A DNA stretch of 42,463 nt from Bdellovibrionota bacterium (GTDB taxonomy: Bacteria > Bdellovibrionota > Bdellovibrionia > Bdellovibrionales > Bdellovibrionaceae), in the NCBI GenBank assembly GCA_038042235.1, contig JBBTEQ010000076.1, positions 4,474-46,936 of the forward strand. The letters run 5' to 3'. The notes under the pieces were generated by a model. The model searched no databases. It saw only the letters and a program-made list of their open reading frames with translations, and had not been told where the DNA came from. How positions within the stretch are numbered: position 1 is the stretch's first letter; each line of letters starts with the position of its first letter. Shown one piece after another: positions 1 to 8,580 of the stretch. The translations under genes and the position numbers were made by a program.

Positions 1-2
1 GG

Positions 3-290
3 ACCGAAAAGAGAACAAAAAATTTAGCTGTTCGTCAGTACTCTTTACTTTCAGCGGCATGGCTTGCTGTTAAGCCCAGTGGCCGTATTGTTTACTCAAC
101 CTGTTCAATTTCTCCTGAAGAAAATGATAATGTTGTGGCCAAATTAATAAAAAAAAGAAAACCTAAAATTTTAAGACCTCGCTGGCTTGAGGCCATGGAG
201 TTTGTAGAGGAAACTGAAAATGGCTACTGTATTTTACCGGATAACTGCGGATTTGGACCTATGTATTTTTCGGTGATTGAGAAAAATTAA
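3..290 (+). CDS. RsmB/NOP2/NSUN-family RNA m5C methyltransferase, C-terminal part (5' truncated by window edge)
   Basis: Manual translation of frame 3: TEKRTKNLAVRQYSLLSAAWLAVKPSGRIVYSTCSISPEENDNVV...ILPDNCGFGPMYFSVIEKN*. Contains the motif VI YSTCS..PEEN. Not in the ORF track. Confidence 0.9.
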   Translation, partial: TEKRTKNLAVRQYSLLSAAWLAVKPSGRIVYSTCSISPEENDNVVAKLIKKRKPKILRPRWLEAMEFVEETENGYCILPDNCGFGPMYFSVIEKN

Positions 291-309
291 TAAAATAAAA
301 TTAGAGTCG

Positions 310-687
310 TTAAGCTATTCCTAACGACGACTTAACTGTATCAACCAGATGTTGTCGGTCAAATGGTTTAGTAATAACATTTTTAGCGCCATGTTTTATA
401 CACTCTTCAGTAGGAATGTCTGTAAAACCTGTAATGAATATTACAATAGGAAATTCAGGGTTGCGTTCACGGACTTTTTTTAAAAGCGTCATACCATCAC
501 CATCGGCCATGCGGATATCTGAGACGATCAAGTTTATTTTTTGTTTTTTTACAACTTCAAATGCGCTGGTGCCGCTGTTCGCAGACAGAACTGTAAAACC
601 ATAAGTCTCAAATATCGAACAAATAATATCTCTTAATTCTGCGTCGTCATCCACAATTAGCAAAGTATACTTTTTTAGATCTGTCAT
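310..687 (-). CDS. Single-domain response regulator (CheY-like receiver)
   Basis: LLIVDDD acidic pocket, SDIRM (phospho-Asp), FITG and KPF motifs; 125 aa, no output domain. Confidence 0.93.
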   Translation of the reverse strand: MTDLKKYTLLIVDDDAELRDIICSIFETYGFTVLSANSGTSAFEVVKKQKINLIVSDIRMADGDGMTLLKKVRERNPEFPIVIFITGFTDIPTEECIKHGAKNVITKPFDRQHLVDTVKSSLGIA

Positions 688-718
688 ATTTTTCCTAGTC
701 GTTAACTTAATATCTGTT

Positions 719-745
719 TATATACAATATCGCTATATATACAAT
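719..745. repeat. 10-bp direct repeat TATATACAAT-N7-TATATACAAT upstream of the response regulator; possible operator
   Basis: Copies at 719-728 and 736-745. Confidence 0.4.
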
Positions 746-786
746 TAAACTAAAGTTTTATTTAACTCATGGCCCATTGAGTCTAA

Positions 787-1053
787 TTAAGCCGCCCGCT
801 TTTTTAGCTGATTCTTGCGGTAAGCCTGCAAATTATAATGTCCATAGGTTTTAACTCTGAAAACTTCAGTGACCTGATGTTCTATTTCTGAAATTACATC
901 TGCACCAAAGCCTTTGGGTGAATAACCTTTAGCACTTTCTATTTCAGTTATACAAATCCCACAAACTCTTTCAATGAACTCATTATTAGTTTCATTTAAG
1001 TACATTTGCGAAAACAACTCTTCTTCTACTATCTCAGCTATCCATGATTTCAT
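787..1053 (-). CDS. Small hypothetical protein (88 aa)
   Basis: Clean ORF with a sigma28-like promoter 7 nt upstream; no family recognised. Confidence 0.8.
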   Translation of the reverse strand: MKSWIAEIVEEELFSQMYLNETNNEFIERVCGICITEIESAKGYSPKGFGADVISEIEHQVTEVFRVKTYGHYNLQAYRKNQLKKRAA

Positions 1054-1054
1054 A

Positions 1055-1083
1055 TCGATTTATTCGGAAAGATCAGCTAAGAT
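1055..1083 (+). promoter_or_regulatory. Putative sigma70 promoter for the NFACT gene, overlapping the divergent sigma28 promoter
   Basis: TCGATT-N17-TAAGAT-N7-GTG(1091); no Shine-Dalgarno (SD) sequence. Confidence 0.4.
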
Positions 1084-1088
1084 CTAAA
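1061..1088 (-). promoter_or_regulatory. Putative sigma28 (FliA) promoter, leaderless geometry
   Basis: Minus strand reads TTAG-N15-TCCGAATA-N7-ATG(1053). Confidence 0.55.
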
Positions 1089-1090
1089 CT

Positions 1091-2398
1091 GTGAAAACGC
1101 CCAGTTTTTTAGAACTTAAGACTTTGGTCGAGTATTTAACCCATGAGCTGCAGGGCTCGCAGCTACAGGAAGTGATGTCAACTGAGGAAGGGCTTGTTTT
1201 ATCGTTTTACCGGTTTAACAAAGACCCTAGAATAAGTAATTTAGTCTTTGATTTGGACAGACCCTTCCCCTTTTTAGGTTATTTTTTTGATAATCCTTGG
1301 TCCAGGCAAAAAAAAACAAAGCCTATTTCATTATTTATGACGGCGCATGCAAAAAATCATCATTTTAAAAGCATCGAGGTTTTTGAAGAGTTAGGGCGGG
1401 TTGTAAAATTAAGTTTGGATGATGATTGTTTGATTGAGTTCAGATTGATTCCCAGACAAACCAATCTGATTGTTAAAAAAAATAAAAAATCTATCTCTTG
1501 GTATCCTGTAAAAGACTTAGCCCAGAATGATCCAAATTATACTCTAAATACAGATTTGAGTGATGGTGAAGAGGTAAGATCCATTTCATTTATGATGAAG
1601 CAGTGGTTAAGGCGCAGAGGTGGGGCCACTTCAAATGCAGCTGAAAACGTATCAAATCCCTTTGAAATATGGAAAAAAAATAAAGAAAAAGACTTAGCAA
1701 AAAAAAAGAAAGCTTTGGTTGGGGTTGAGGAGCAAATTAACAAGTTTATTAATGAAGAGTGGTCTAAGGTGGGGGAGTATTTAAAAACATATGGGCTAAA
1801 AAACTTAAAGCCGGAGTGGTCGGTTTACATTGATTACAAGAAATCAGTTTCAGTTAATATGCAAAATTGTTTTGAAAAATCTAAAGCTGCTAAGTCTAAA
1901 ATTAAAGGTGCAGAGTCCCGCTTGGCTGTTCTTAAGCAAGAAATTGCTCTGCTTTCTAATTTGACACTTGAAAAATATGAACAATTTCTGAATTTACAGA
2001 ATTCTAAAAAAAATAAAGTACCAGATAGAAAAATAGAGGGGCGTTTACGTAAAACTTTGATAGAAGAGTCTGGGGTGGTGGCTTATATGGGAAAGTCGGC
2101 GGCAGATAATATGAGTTTACTCCGAAAATCCAAACCTAATGATCTTTGGTTGCATTTGAAAGATTACCCGAGTGCCCATGCCATTATTCACGTGCAAAAA
2201 AATCTAAAAATATCAGATCTTGATATTAAAAGGGTAGCAACTTGGTTAGTAAAAGAAGGCCTTTCCGAGAAGAAAACCCAACTTGGCGGTAAGTTTTCGG
2301 TGGTAATTGTCGAATGTCGTCACGTCAAGCCGCTAAAGGGTGATAAGCTAGGGCGCGTTACCTATCATAATGCTCATGAAATCTTGATTGCGATATAA
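1091..2398 (+). CDS. NFACT (RqcH/Rqc2/FbpA-like) RNA-binding protein, divergent
   Basis: N-terminal ELKTLVEYL..ELQGSQLQEV, central coiled coil, C-terminal NFACT-R GKSAADN...DLWLHLKDYPSAHAII, terminal GRVTY. Confidence 0.85.
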   Translation: MKTPSFLELKTLVEYLTHELQGSQLQEVMSTEEGLVLSFYRFNKDPRISNLVFDLDRPFPFLGYFFDNPWSRQKKTKPISLFMTAHAKNHHFKSIEVFEELGRVVKLSLDDDCLIEFRLIPRQTNLIVKKNKKSISWYPVKDLAQNDPNYTLNTDLSDGEEVRSISFMMKQWLRRRGGATSNAAENVSNPFEIWKKNKEKDLAKKKKALVGVEEQINKFINEEWSKVGEYLKTYGLKNLKPEWSVYIDYKKSVSVNMQNCFEKSKAAKSKIKGAESRLAVLKQEIALLSNLTLEKYEQFLNLQNSKKNKVPDRKIEGRLRKTLIEESGVVAYMGKSAADNMSLLRKSKPNDLWLHLKDYPSAHAIIHVQKNLKISDLDIKRVATWLVKEGLSEKKTQLGGKFSVVIVECRHVKPLKGDKLGRVTYHNAHEILIAI

Positions 2399-2460
2399 AT
2401 TCTAATTAGAATTGATTTGTATTAAAATTACATTTTTTGATTAAGACATGGAGTGTTTTT

Positions 2461-3393
2461 ATGATCGAAGTCAGTCATTTATCTAAAAAATATGGCGAAC
2501 ATCAGGCTATTTCTGACTTAAATTTCACTATTCAAAAGGGCGAGGTTGTGGGATTTCTGGGACCAAACGGCGCCGGTAAGTCGACCACCATGAAAATTAT
2601 AACGGGCTTTATGGCACCATCAGGTGGTGAAGCAAAGATTTGTGGTTTTGATGTTTTTGAAAATCCGATTGAAGTTAAAAAAAGAATCGGTTATTTGCCT
2701 GAAACACCGCCACTTTATGCCGACATGCTGGTCGAAGACTATTTAAAATATGTAGCACAGCTTAAACTAGTACCAAAAGATAAGATTAAATCCTATGTGG
2801 CCAGTGCACTAAAAAAAACCCAACTTACTGAGGTTAAAAATCGTTTGATACAGAATTTATCTAAAGGCTTCAAGCAAAGAGTAGGTATTGCTCAGGCGCT
2901 GGTCTCTCGGCCCGAAGTATTAATACTTGATGAGCCCACGGTTGGTTTAGACCCAAAACAGGTATCTGAAATTCGGGATTTAATCAGGGATCTTCGGGGC
3001 GATCACACCATCATTTTATCAACTCATATTTTACCAGAGGTTCAGGTTACTTGTGATAAAGTTATTATTATTCATGAGGGGAAAATTGTCGCTCAGGAAA
3101 CTATCGATCAAATTGAAAAAATGAATCAGGATTTTGTATTGTTGACAGTAAAAACGAAAAGATCAAGCTCAATTGAATTGCAATTAAAAAACATAGAGGG
3201 TGTAAGCCATGTTGAAGTGGTATCATCACAGCATTATCGGGTTAAATTGATCGAGCAAGACAATGTTATTGAGAAAATTGCAAGCGAAGTGATTAAATCT
3301 GGATCGGGGTTGATGGAGTTATCCCCTTCTCGTGCTAACCTTGAAGATGTATTCCTTAAGCTGACTTACGGGCAAAATAAGGTTGAGGTTTAA
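2461..3393 (+). CDS. ABC transporter ATP-binding protein (GldA-like)
   Basis: Walker A GPNGAGKST, signature LSKGFKQR, Walker B ILDEP, STH. ATG 2461 chosen for the upstream GGAG. Confidence 0.95.
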   Translation: MIEVSHLSKKYGEHQAISDLNFTIQKGEVVGFLGPNGAGKSTTMKIITGFMAPSGGEAKICGFDVFENPIEVKKRIGYLPETPPLYADMLVEDYLKYVAQLKLVPKDKIKSYVASALKKTQLTEVKNRLIQNLSKGFKQRVGIAQALVSRPEVLILDEPTVGLDPKQVSEIRDLIRDLRGDHTIILSTHILPEVQVTCDKVIIIHEGKIVAQETIDQIEKMNQDFVLLTVKTKRSSSIELQLKNIEGVSHVEVVSSQHYRVKLIEQDNVIEKIASEVIKSGSGLMELSPSRANLEDVFLKLTYGQNKVEV

Positions 3394-3394
3394 C

Positions 3395-4171
3395 ATGAAT
3401 GCAGCATTGGTAATTTTTAAAAAAGAATTAGCAGGTTTTTTTAAAAGCCCACTATTTTATTTTCTTTCATTTATGATGACAATATTGCTGAGCATATTAT
3501 TTTCAATTTCTTTGGATAAATTTGCCCAAACATCCTCAAATGCGATGTTGCAATTCGGAATGCAACCCCAGTTACTGAATATTCACTATTCTGTTTTCCT
3601 GCCGCACTTATCCATTATTAATCTGATTTTTATATTTTTGATACCGGCACTAACGATGAAGCTGATATCTGAAGAAAAAAAACTGAGAACTTTTGATTTA
3701 CTTCTGACATCGCCAGTGAGCTCAGCTTCAATCGTTATGGGTAAATATTTTGCAGCTCTGTCGGTAATTCTTGCTTTAATTATTGTATCATTTATTTATC
3801 CATTCGTTTCAAGAAGAGTTTTTGAATTTTCCTGGTTGCCGACATTAGTGGCCGCTCTGGGGATATTTTTGGTTGCCGCTGTCTACACCTCTATGAACTT
3901 ATTTGCCTCTAGTTTGACTGAAAATAGTCTAGTAGCTTTTGTATTATCGATAGTATTTAATTTATCTGTCTGGTTTGTTGGCGCGGCAAATGAGTCATTC
4001 GACGAACCCTTGTTAAAAGCCGTGCTTGAGCACATATCGCTTAATAATCATCTGGCAGGGCTTATTGAGGGCACAATTAGAACAAGCGGCTTGATTTTCT
4101 TTTTCAGTTTAATATTTTTATTTTGTTTCATAACAGAGCGAGTAATTGAATCGTCAAGATGGAGGGCTTAA
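3395..4171 (+). CDS. ABC-2 type permease (GldF-like)
   Basis: About 6 hydrophobic segments; TMKLISEEKKLRTFDLLLTSPV...GKY motif. Confidence 0.9.
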   Translation: MNAALVIFKKELAGFFKSPLFYFLSFMMTILLSILFSISLDKFAQTSSNAMLQFGMQPQLLNIHYSVFLPHLSIINLIFIFLIPALTMKLISEEKKLRTFDLLLTSPVSSASIVMGKYFAALSVILALIIVSFIYPFVSRRVFEFSWLPTLVAALGIFLVAAVYTSMNLFASSLTENSLVAFVLSIVFNLSVWFVGAANESFDEPLLKAVLEHISLNNHLAGLIEGTIRTSGLIFFFSLIFLFCFITERVIESSRWRA

Positions 4172-5724
4172 TGAGTAAAAAGGGAAGATTACTATTTATT
4201 TTGTCAATCTTGTGTGTACTGGCTCTTGGTGGTTTATTTTTTTCAATTCGTGTATGGATGCCCTTTATGTGGTTTGTGATAGCACCAGCCGTATTTAGCT
4301 TCATGGGCTGGGTTTATCTTGATCGCAGTTTAATTTTTGATTTTTTTACGATGAAAACCACAAAGCATGGAATTAACATGGGTTTTTTAGTTCTGATTGC
4401 AGTCGTGCTCTTAATTGTGCTCAACTTTGTAGGTGCCCGCCATTATGCTACCTATGATTTCTCGAGCAATAACAGAAACTCTCTTTCTGATCAGTCTAAA
4501 AAAATTCTGGCTTCATTAGAAGCAGAACTTAATGTCAAATATTTCTATAAAGATGGTGCTGAACGTGCAGAAGAAAATAAAAAACTATTCCGCGAGCTGG
4601 TAAAACAGTACCAGGATGTAAATGCAAAAAACGTAAGAATCAATTTAGAGATGGTTGAAATTAATCAGCAGCCTAAACTTGTGCAGGAATTTGGCGCAAC
4701 CAAAGGAACGGGCGAGGCTTTTATAGAGTATAAGGGTAATAAAAATCGGATTGAAAATTATTCAGAACAAGATTTTACCAATGCACTTATTAAACTCACC
4801 CGCAAAGAAAAAAAACACATTTATTTTTTGGAGGGGCATAACGAAAGAAGTGTAGATGATGAAAAAAGTGAAGTTAGTCTATACGGATTCAAACAAATGC
4901 TCGAAAAGAACTCGTACGACGTAAAAAAGTTAAATCTATTAATTACCTTAAAGGTTCCAGAAGATGCACATGTTTTGGTGATCGCAGCACCTACTCAGCA
5001 AATTCAAAGTTTCGAAATTAGAGCTATTGAAGAGTATCTTAAACAGGGTGGAAATTTATTTTTGATGCTTGATGAAAAAAATAGTTTTGGTTTAGCAAGT
5101 TTACTCAAAAAATTCGGTTTGGAACTCGAGACGCATTATGTTTATAATGTTTTCGATACACCGATGGGTAAGGTGGTAAACGCTCAAGCGGCTACAGTTG
5201 GATTGCAATATTCTGCGTCCAGTGCAATTACAAAAGTTTTTACACAAAATCAGATGACCTTATTCAGAAACCCACATTCCTTGAGAATAGTAAACAGTTC
5301 GCCAGATATTAAAATAGAAGCTATAGTAAGTACTCCTAAGACAGCTGCGGCACTAGCTGAAATTGACAGCAAGGATTACACCGGCGAGCTGAGAGCGTTT
5401 AATCTGGCTGTTGAAGTTAAGGGAAAGCTCAATGCAACGAAAGAATTTTCAGCTGTTGTTATTGCCGATGCAGATTTCGCCAGTAACATATTACTTTACC
5501 AAAATTTAAACAGAGATCTAGCCTTAAATGTCATCTCATCTTTGACCAAAGAAACGGATCTGATTTCAATATCTGCAAAAGAACCCTTGGCTTCTAAAAT
5601 GCTGGTTTCACCACCTGAGTTCAATCAATTTTTTAAATTCACGGTAGTGGGATTGTTTTTTCCTTTGCCGTTTATTTTTATGATCATGAGTATTGTATTG
5701 TGGTACCGACGGAGACATGCTTAG
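4171..5724 (+). CDS. GldG-like ABC auxiliary component
   Basis: N-terminal TMs, YDFS...SLSDQSKKIL, IYFLEGHNE, DADFASN...N.DL, C-terminal TM followed by RRR; TAATG overlap with the permease. Confidence 0.88.
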   Translation: MSKKGRLLFILSILCVLALGGLFFSIRVWMPFMWFVIAPAVFSFMGWVYLDRSLIFDFFTMKTTKHGINMGFLVLIAVVLLIVLNFVGARHYATYDFSSNNRNSLSDQSKKILASLEAELNVKYFYKDGAERAEENKKLFRELVKQYQDVNAKNVRINLEMVEINQQPKLVQEFGATKGTGEAFIEYKGNKNRIENYSEQDFTNALIKLTRKEKKHIYFLEGHNERSVDDEKSEVSLYGFKQMLEKNSYDVKKLNLLITLKVPEDAHVLVIAAPTQQIQSFEIRAIEEYLKQGGNLFLMLDEKNSFGLASLLKKFGLELETHYVYNVFDTPMGKVVNAQAATVGLQYSASSAITKVFTQNQMTLFRNPHSLRIVNSSPDIKIEAIVSTPKTAAALAEIDSKDYTGELRAFNLAVEVKGKLNATKEFSAVVIADADFASNILLYQNLNRDLALNVISSLTKETDLISISAKEPLASKMLVSPPEFNQFFKFTVVGLFFPLPFIFMIMSIVLWYRRRHA

Positions 5725-6722
5725 TGAAAAACTACAAAACATTTTTCTTTGCATTTTTAACAGCGTTGGCTGTTATTTTAGCTTATATATTTGATTACAA
5801 CGCGGAAAAGAAAATCAATAAAGTTCAACAAGCCTTTATAATTGGTCTGCAGGCAGAGCAAATCAACTCTATTCAGATTATCAAAAATGACTTAAAAATT
5901 GGATTACAAAAAAATGAAACAGGCTGGACATTGACGGAACCGTTTCAAGACAGTGGGGATAATGTTATTGTTGAAGAATTTTTAAATAAATTGACTAACG
6001 AAAGGCAAATCTCAATCGTAAAACAGTTAGAGATAGGCCTAACGGATACAGAGCTTAAGGCTTTCGGTTTGGATAAGCCGGCAGCAACTATAAGTTTTAA
6101 AAATAATTTAGGATTAACAAAAAAAATAGAAATTGGTACAGTCAAGAATTACGAAGGTAATAGCTATATTCGTATAGACTCTGAAAATAAAATTGTACTT
6201 GCAAGTTCCTATTGGTCTACAGTTGCGGAACAGGAACTCATGCATTATCGAGAAAAAAAACTTTATCGCGGCAATCTGGCGGATATAATTCTTATAAAAA
6301 TTAAATCTTTGCAAGGCCAATTTGAATTGAAACTACTTGACGGTAAATGGCTTAGTACTAGACGTGAAATTTCGCTTGATCAAAATAAAGTGCGTGGGCT
6401 ACTAAAAAAAATATCTGAAGTAAATATTGAGCAGTATGTTTTTGAAGGAGAGCCCTCTGCAAAGCTTATTAATGAAGTCGGTTTAGATAAAAAACCTGTT
6501 TATTTGGAGGTTCATACTGCAAAAACCCGCTGGTCCTTCGCATTAAATTCTAATGCAGTTGATGGGGCGCTTTATGCGCTGACTGAAAGGCCGACCTTTA
6601 TCGCCAAAGTTGATATATCGGCATGGGAAACATTTGGAAATCTTAATTTAGAAGCGCTAAAAGTCGAAATTTTAAAATCTCCTGATTCTATTGTGCAGAA
6701 GTCTGAGGTTAAAGTTGAATAA
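5724..6722 (+). CDS. DUF4340-domain membrane-anchored protein
   Basis: N-terminal TM, repeated FGLDKP/VGLDKK modules, typical position after gldG. GTG 5724 overlaps the upstream stop. Confidence 0.8.
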   Translation: MKNYKTFFFAFLTALAVILAYIFDYNAEKKINKVQQAFIIGLQAEQINSIQIIKNDLKIGLQKNETGWTLTEPFQDSGDNVIVEEFLNKLTNERQISIVKQLEIGLTDTELKAFGLDKPAATISFKNNLGLTKKIEIGTVKNYEGNSYIRIDSENKIVLASSYWSTVAEQELMHYREKKLYRGNLADIILIKIKSLQGQFELKLLDGKWLSTRREISLDQNKVRGLLKKISEVNIEQYVFEGEPSAKLINEVGLDKKPVYLEVHTAKTRWSFALNSNAVDGALYALTERPTFIAKVDISAWETFGNLNLEALKVEILKSPDSIVQKSEVKVE

Positions 6723-7728
6723 CTCAATTATATGTAAATCGCCAACACGTGTAGATCTAGCTGGCGGAACGTTAGATTTGTGGCCTCTTTATAACTTTGT
6801 GGGCGGTGCTACAACAATAAATGTGGCCATCGACATTTGGACAAGCGTTGAAATTAGGTTACGGGCAGATATGAAAGTTATTTTCAATTCCGCCGATCTT
6901 AATAAAATCTGGGAATTTGACTGTTTATCAGACTTTTATTTATCTGAAGACTCATCTGTTGGGTTCTATCGGACAATTTTTTCTCATTTTAAAAAGCCTT
7001 TGCATAAGTTAAAGTGTGGTTTTGAAGTTATAACATCATCGCAAAGCCCCATAGGTGGTGGTCTTGGCGGCAGTAGCAGTCTGACTATTTCGATACTTAA
7101 GGCATTATATCAATTATTAGAAATACAGGTTCCTGTTGTTTATGAGCTAGTTCATTTGGCTCATAATATCGAAGCTGAAATGCTCAGGACACCAACGGGA
7201 ACACAGGATTACTATCCAGCTGCTACGGGAGGGCTGAGTTTTATTGAATATGAAGCAAGTGGAATGAAACAGACAACACTTTCTTTAGAAAACACCCCTT
7301 TTGAAAATCATTTTTTATTAGTATATACCGGGCGTTCACACCACAGTGGTTTGAATAACTTTGAAGTACTTAAAGCCGTTGTTGAAGGAGACTTAAAGGT
7401 TATTGCAGCCTTAAAAAAAATTAAACAGATCGCAGATGATCTTAAGGCGGCTATACTAAATAATAACTGGGAAGTTATTCCGGATATTTTTCAACAGGAG
7501 TATGCGGCAAGAATTCAGTTAACGCCGGCATTTACGAGTCCAGAAATTGAAAAATTATCTGAGATTTGCTTAGAGGCAGGCGCACTTGCTGTTAAAATAT
7601 GCGGAGCGGGTGGCGGAGGCTGTGTATTAGTTTGGGTAGCTCCTGACAATCGAGAAAGGGTTATATCGGCATGTCAAAAAGAAAAGTTTCAGTGCCTAAG
7701 CGCAAAACCGGTAAGCTGTCTCAAATAA
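6715..7728 (+). CDS. GHMP-family sugar kinase (HddA/galactokinase-like)
   Basis: PTRVDLAGGTLD, PIGGGLGGSS, GTQD, KICGAGGGG. TTG 6715 chosen for the GAGGT SD. Confidence 0.9.
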   Translation: MNNSIICKSPTRVDLAGGTLDLWPLYNFVGGATTINVAIDIWTSVEIRLRADMKVIFNSADLNKIWEFDCLSDFYLSEDSSVGFYRTIFSHFKKPLHKLKCGFEVITSSQSPIGGGLGGSSSLTISILKALYQLLEIQVPVVYELVHLAHNIEAEMLRTPTGTQDYYPAATGGLSFIEYEASGMKQTTLSLENTPFENHFLLVYTGRSHHSGLNNFEVLKAVVEGDLKVIAALKKIKQIADDLKAAILNNNWEVIPDIFQQEYAARIQLTPAFTSPEIEKLSEICLEAGALAVKICGAGGGGCVLVWVAPDNRERVISACQKEKFQCLSAKPVSCLK

Positions 7729-8579
7729 AAAGTCCCGAAAAAAGCGTCGAAAAAAAAACTCTTCGATTTATAGGTATTTCTCTTGCCGGAGGAAAGTCCG
7801 ATAAAGCCTGTGTTGCCATTCTTGAGTATTACCCAGAAAATAAAAAAATATTTCTCTCGCGTTTATTTGAAAAAATTAAATCAGATGAAAAGATTTCAGG
7901 TGACTTAAAAATTCATGAATTAATTGAACAGAACTTGGCCACCACTGAATATGTAGCTTTTGATACACCCTGGAATTTGCCAAACTGTATAACCTGTAAA
8001 AAAAAATGCCCAGGTTATGAAAATTGTCATGAACCCCATATTGAATGGATGTGGCGTCACCAAGATGACAAACTTAAAAAGAAACGGCCCAAAAAACTAT
8101 TTACACCCTATACACAACGTTGTGTTGAAATGCATTTTCAAACGGATCTTGAAGAGGCCTTTAATCTACATCACGCCCTCGGTGCAAACTCTGCCCCATT
8201 GCTCGCAAGAGCAGCCTTTATCCAAAAAAGACTTTCAGCCGCTTGTATCGAGGTTTACCCTAAGCTAAGCTTATGGAGATTAGGCAAAGCTCTAGATGTG
8301 ATGAAGTCTCATTTACGTAGTCATCGCGCAGCTTTCGGAGGAGATGAGGCACGTGCTCAGTTTTTGCGGAGCTTAAACGAAAACAATATTGCTTTTATTT
8401 ATCATCAGGACTTTAAACAAATGGTTGAGAACAATCATGCATTTGAGGCCTTTATATGCGGATTTACGGCTTTTTTAAAATATAAAGGTCTGACTGAAAA
8501 AAGACCTAAAAATTTTCCAGCTAGTGAAGATTGGATTGAGTTTCCCACTAAAGAATTAAAAATTAAGGATCTGGAGTAA
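7671..8579 (+). CDS. DUF429-like (RNase H-like fold) protein with a Cys-rich insert
   Basis: FIGISLAG, VAFDTP, IEVYP, FEAFIC resemble the DUF429 motifs GIDLA, IDAP, IEVYP, DA..cA; insert CITCKKKCPGYENC. Confidence 0.6.
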   Translation: MSKRKVSVPKRKTGKLSQIKSPEKSVEKKTLRFIGISLAGGKSDKACVAILEYYPENKKIFLSRLFEKIKSDEKISGDLKIHELIEQNLATTEYVAFDTPWNLPNCITCKKKCPGYENCHEPHIEWMWRHQDDKLKKKRPKKLFTPYTQRCVEMHFQTDLEEAFNLHHALGANSAPLLARAAFIQKRLSAACIEVYPKLSLWRLGKALDVMKSHLRSHRAAFGGDEARAQFLRSLNENNIAFIYHQDFKQMVENNHAFEAFICGFTAFLKYKGLTEKRPKNFPASEDWIEFPTKELKIKDLE

Positions 8580-8580
8580 T

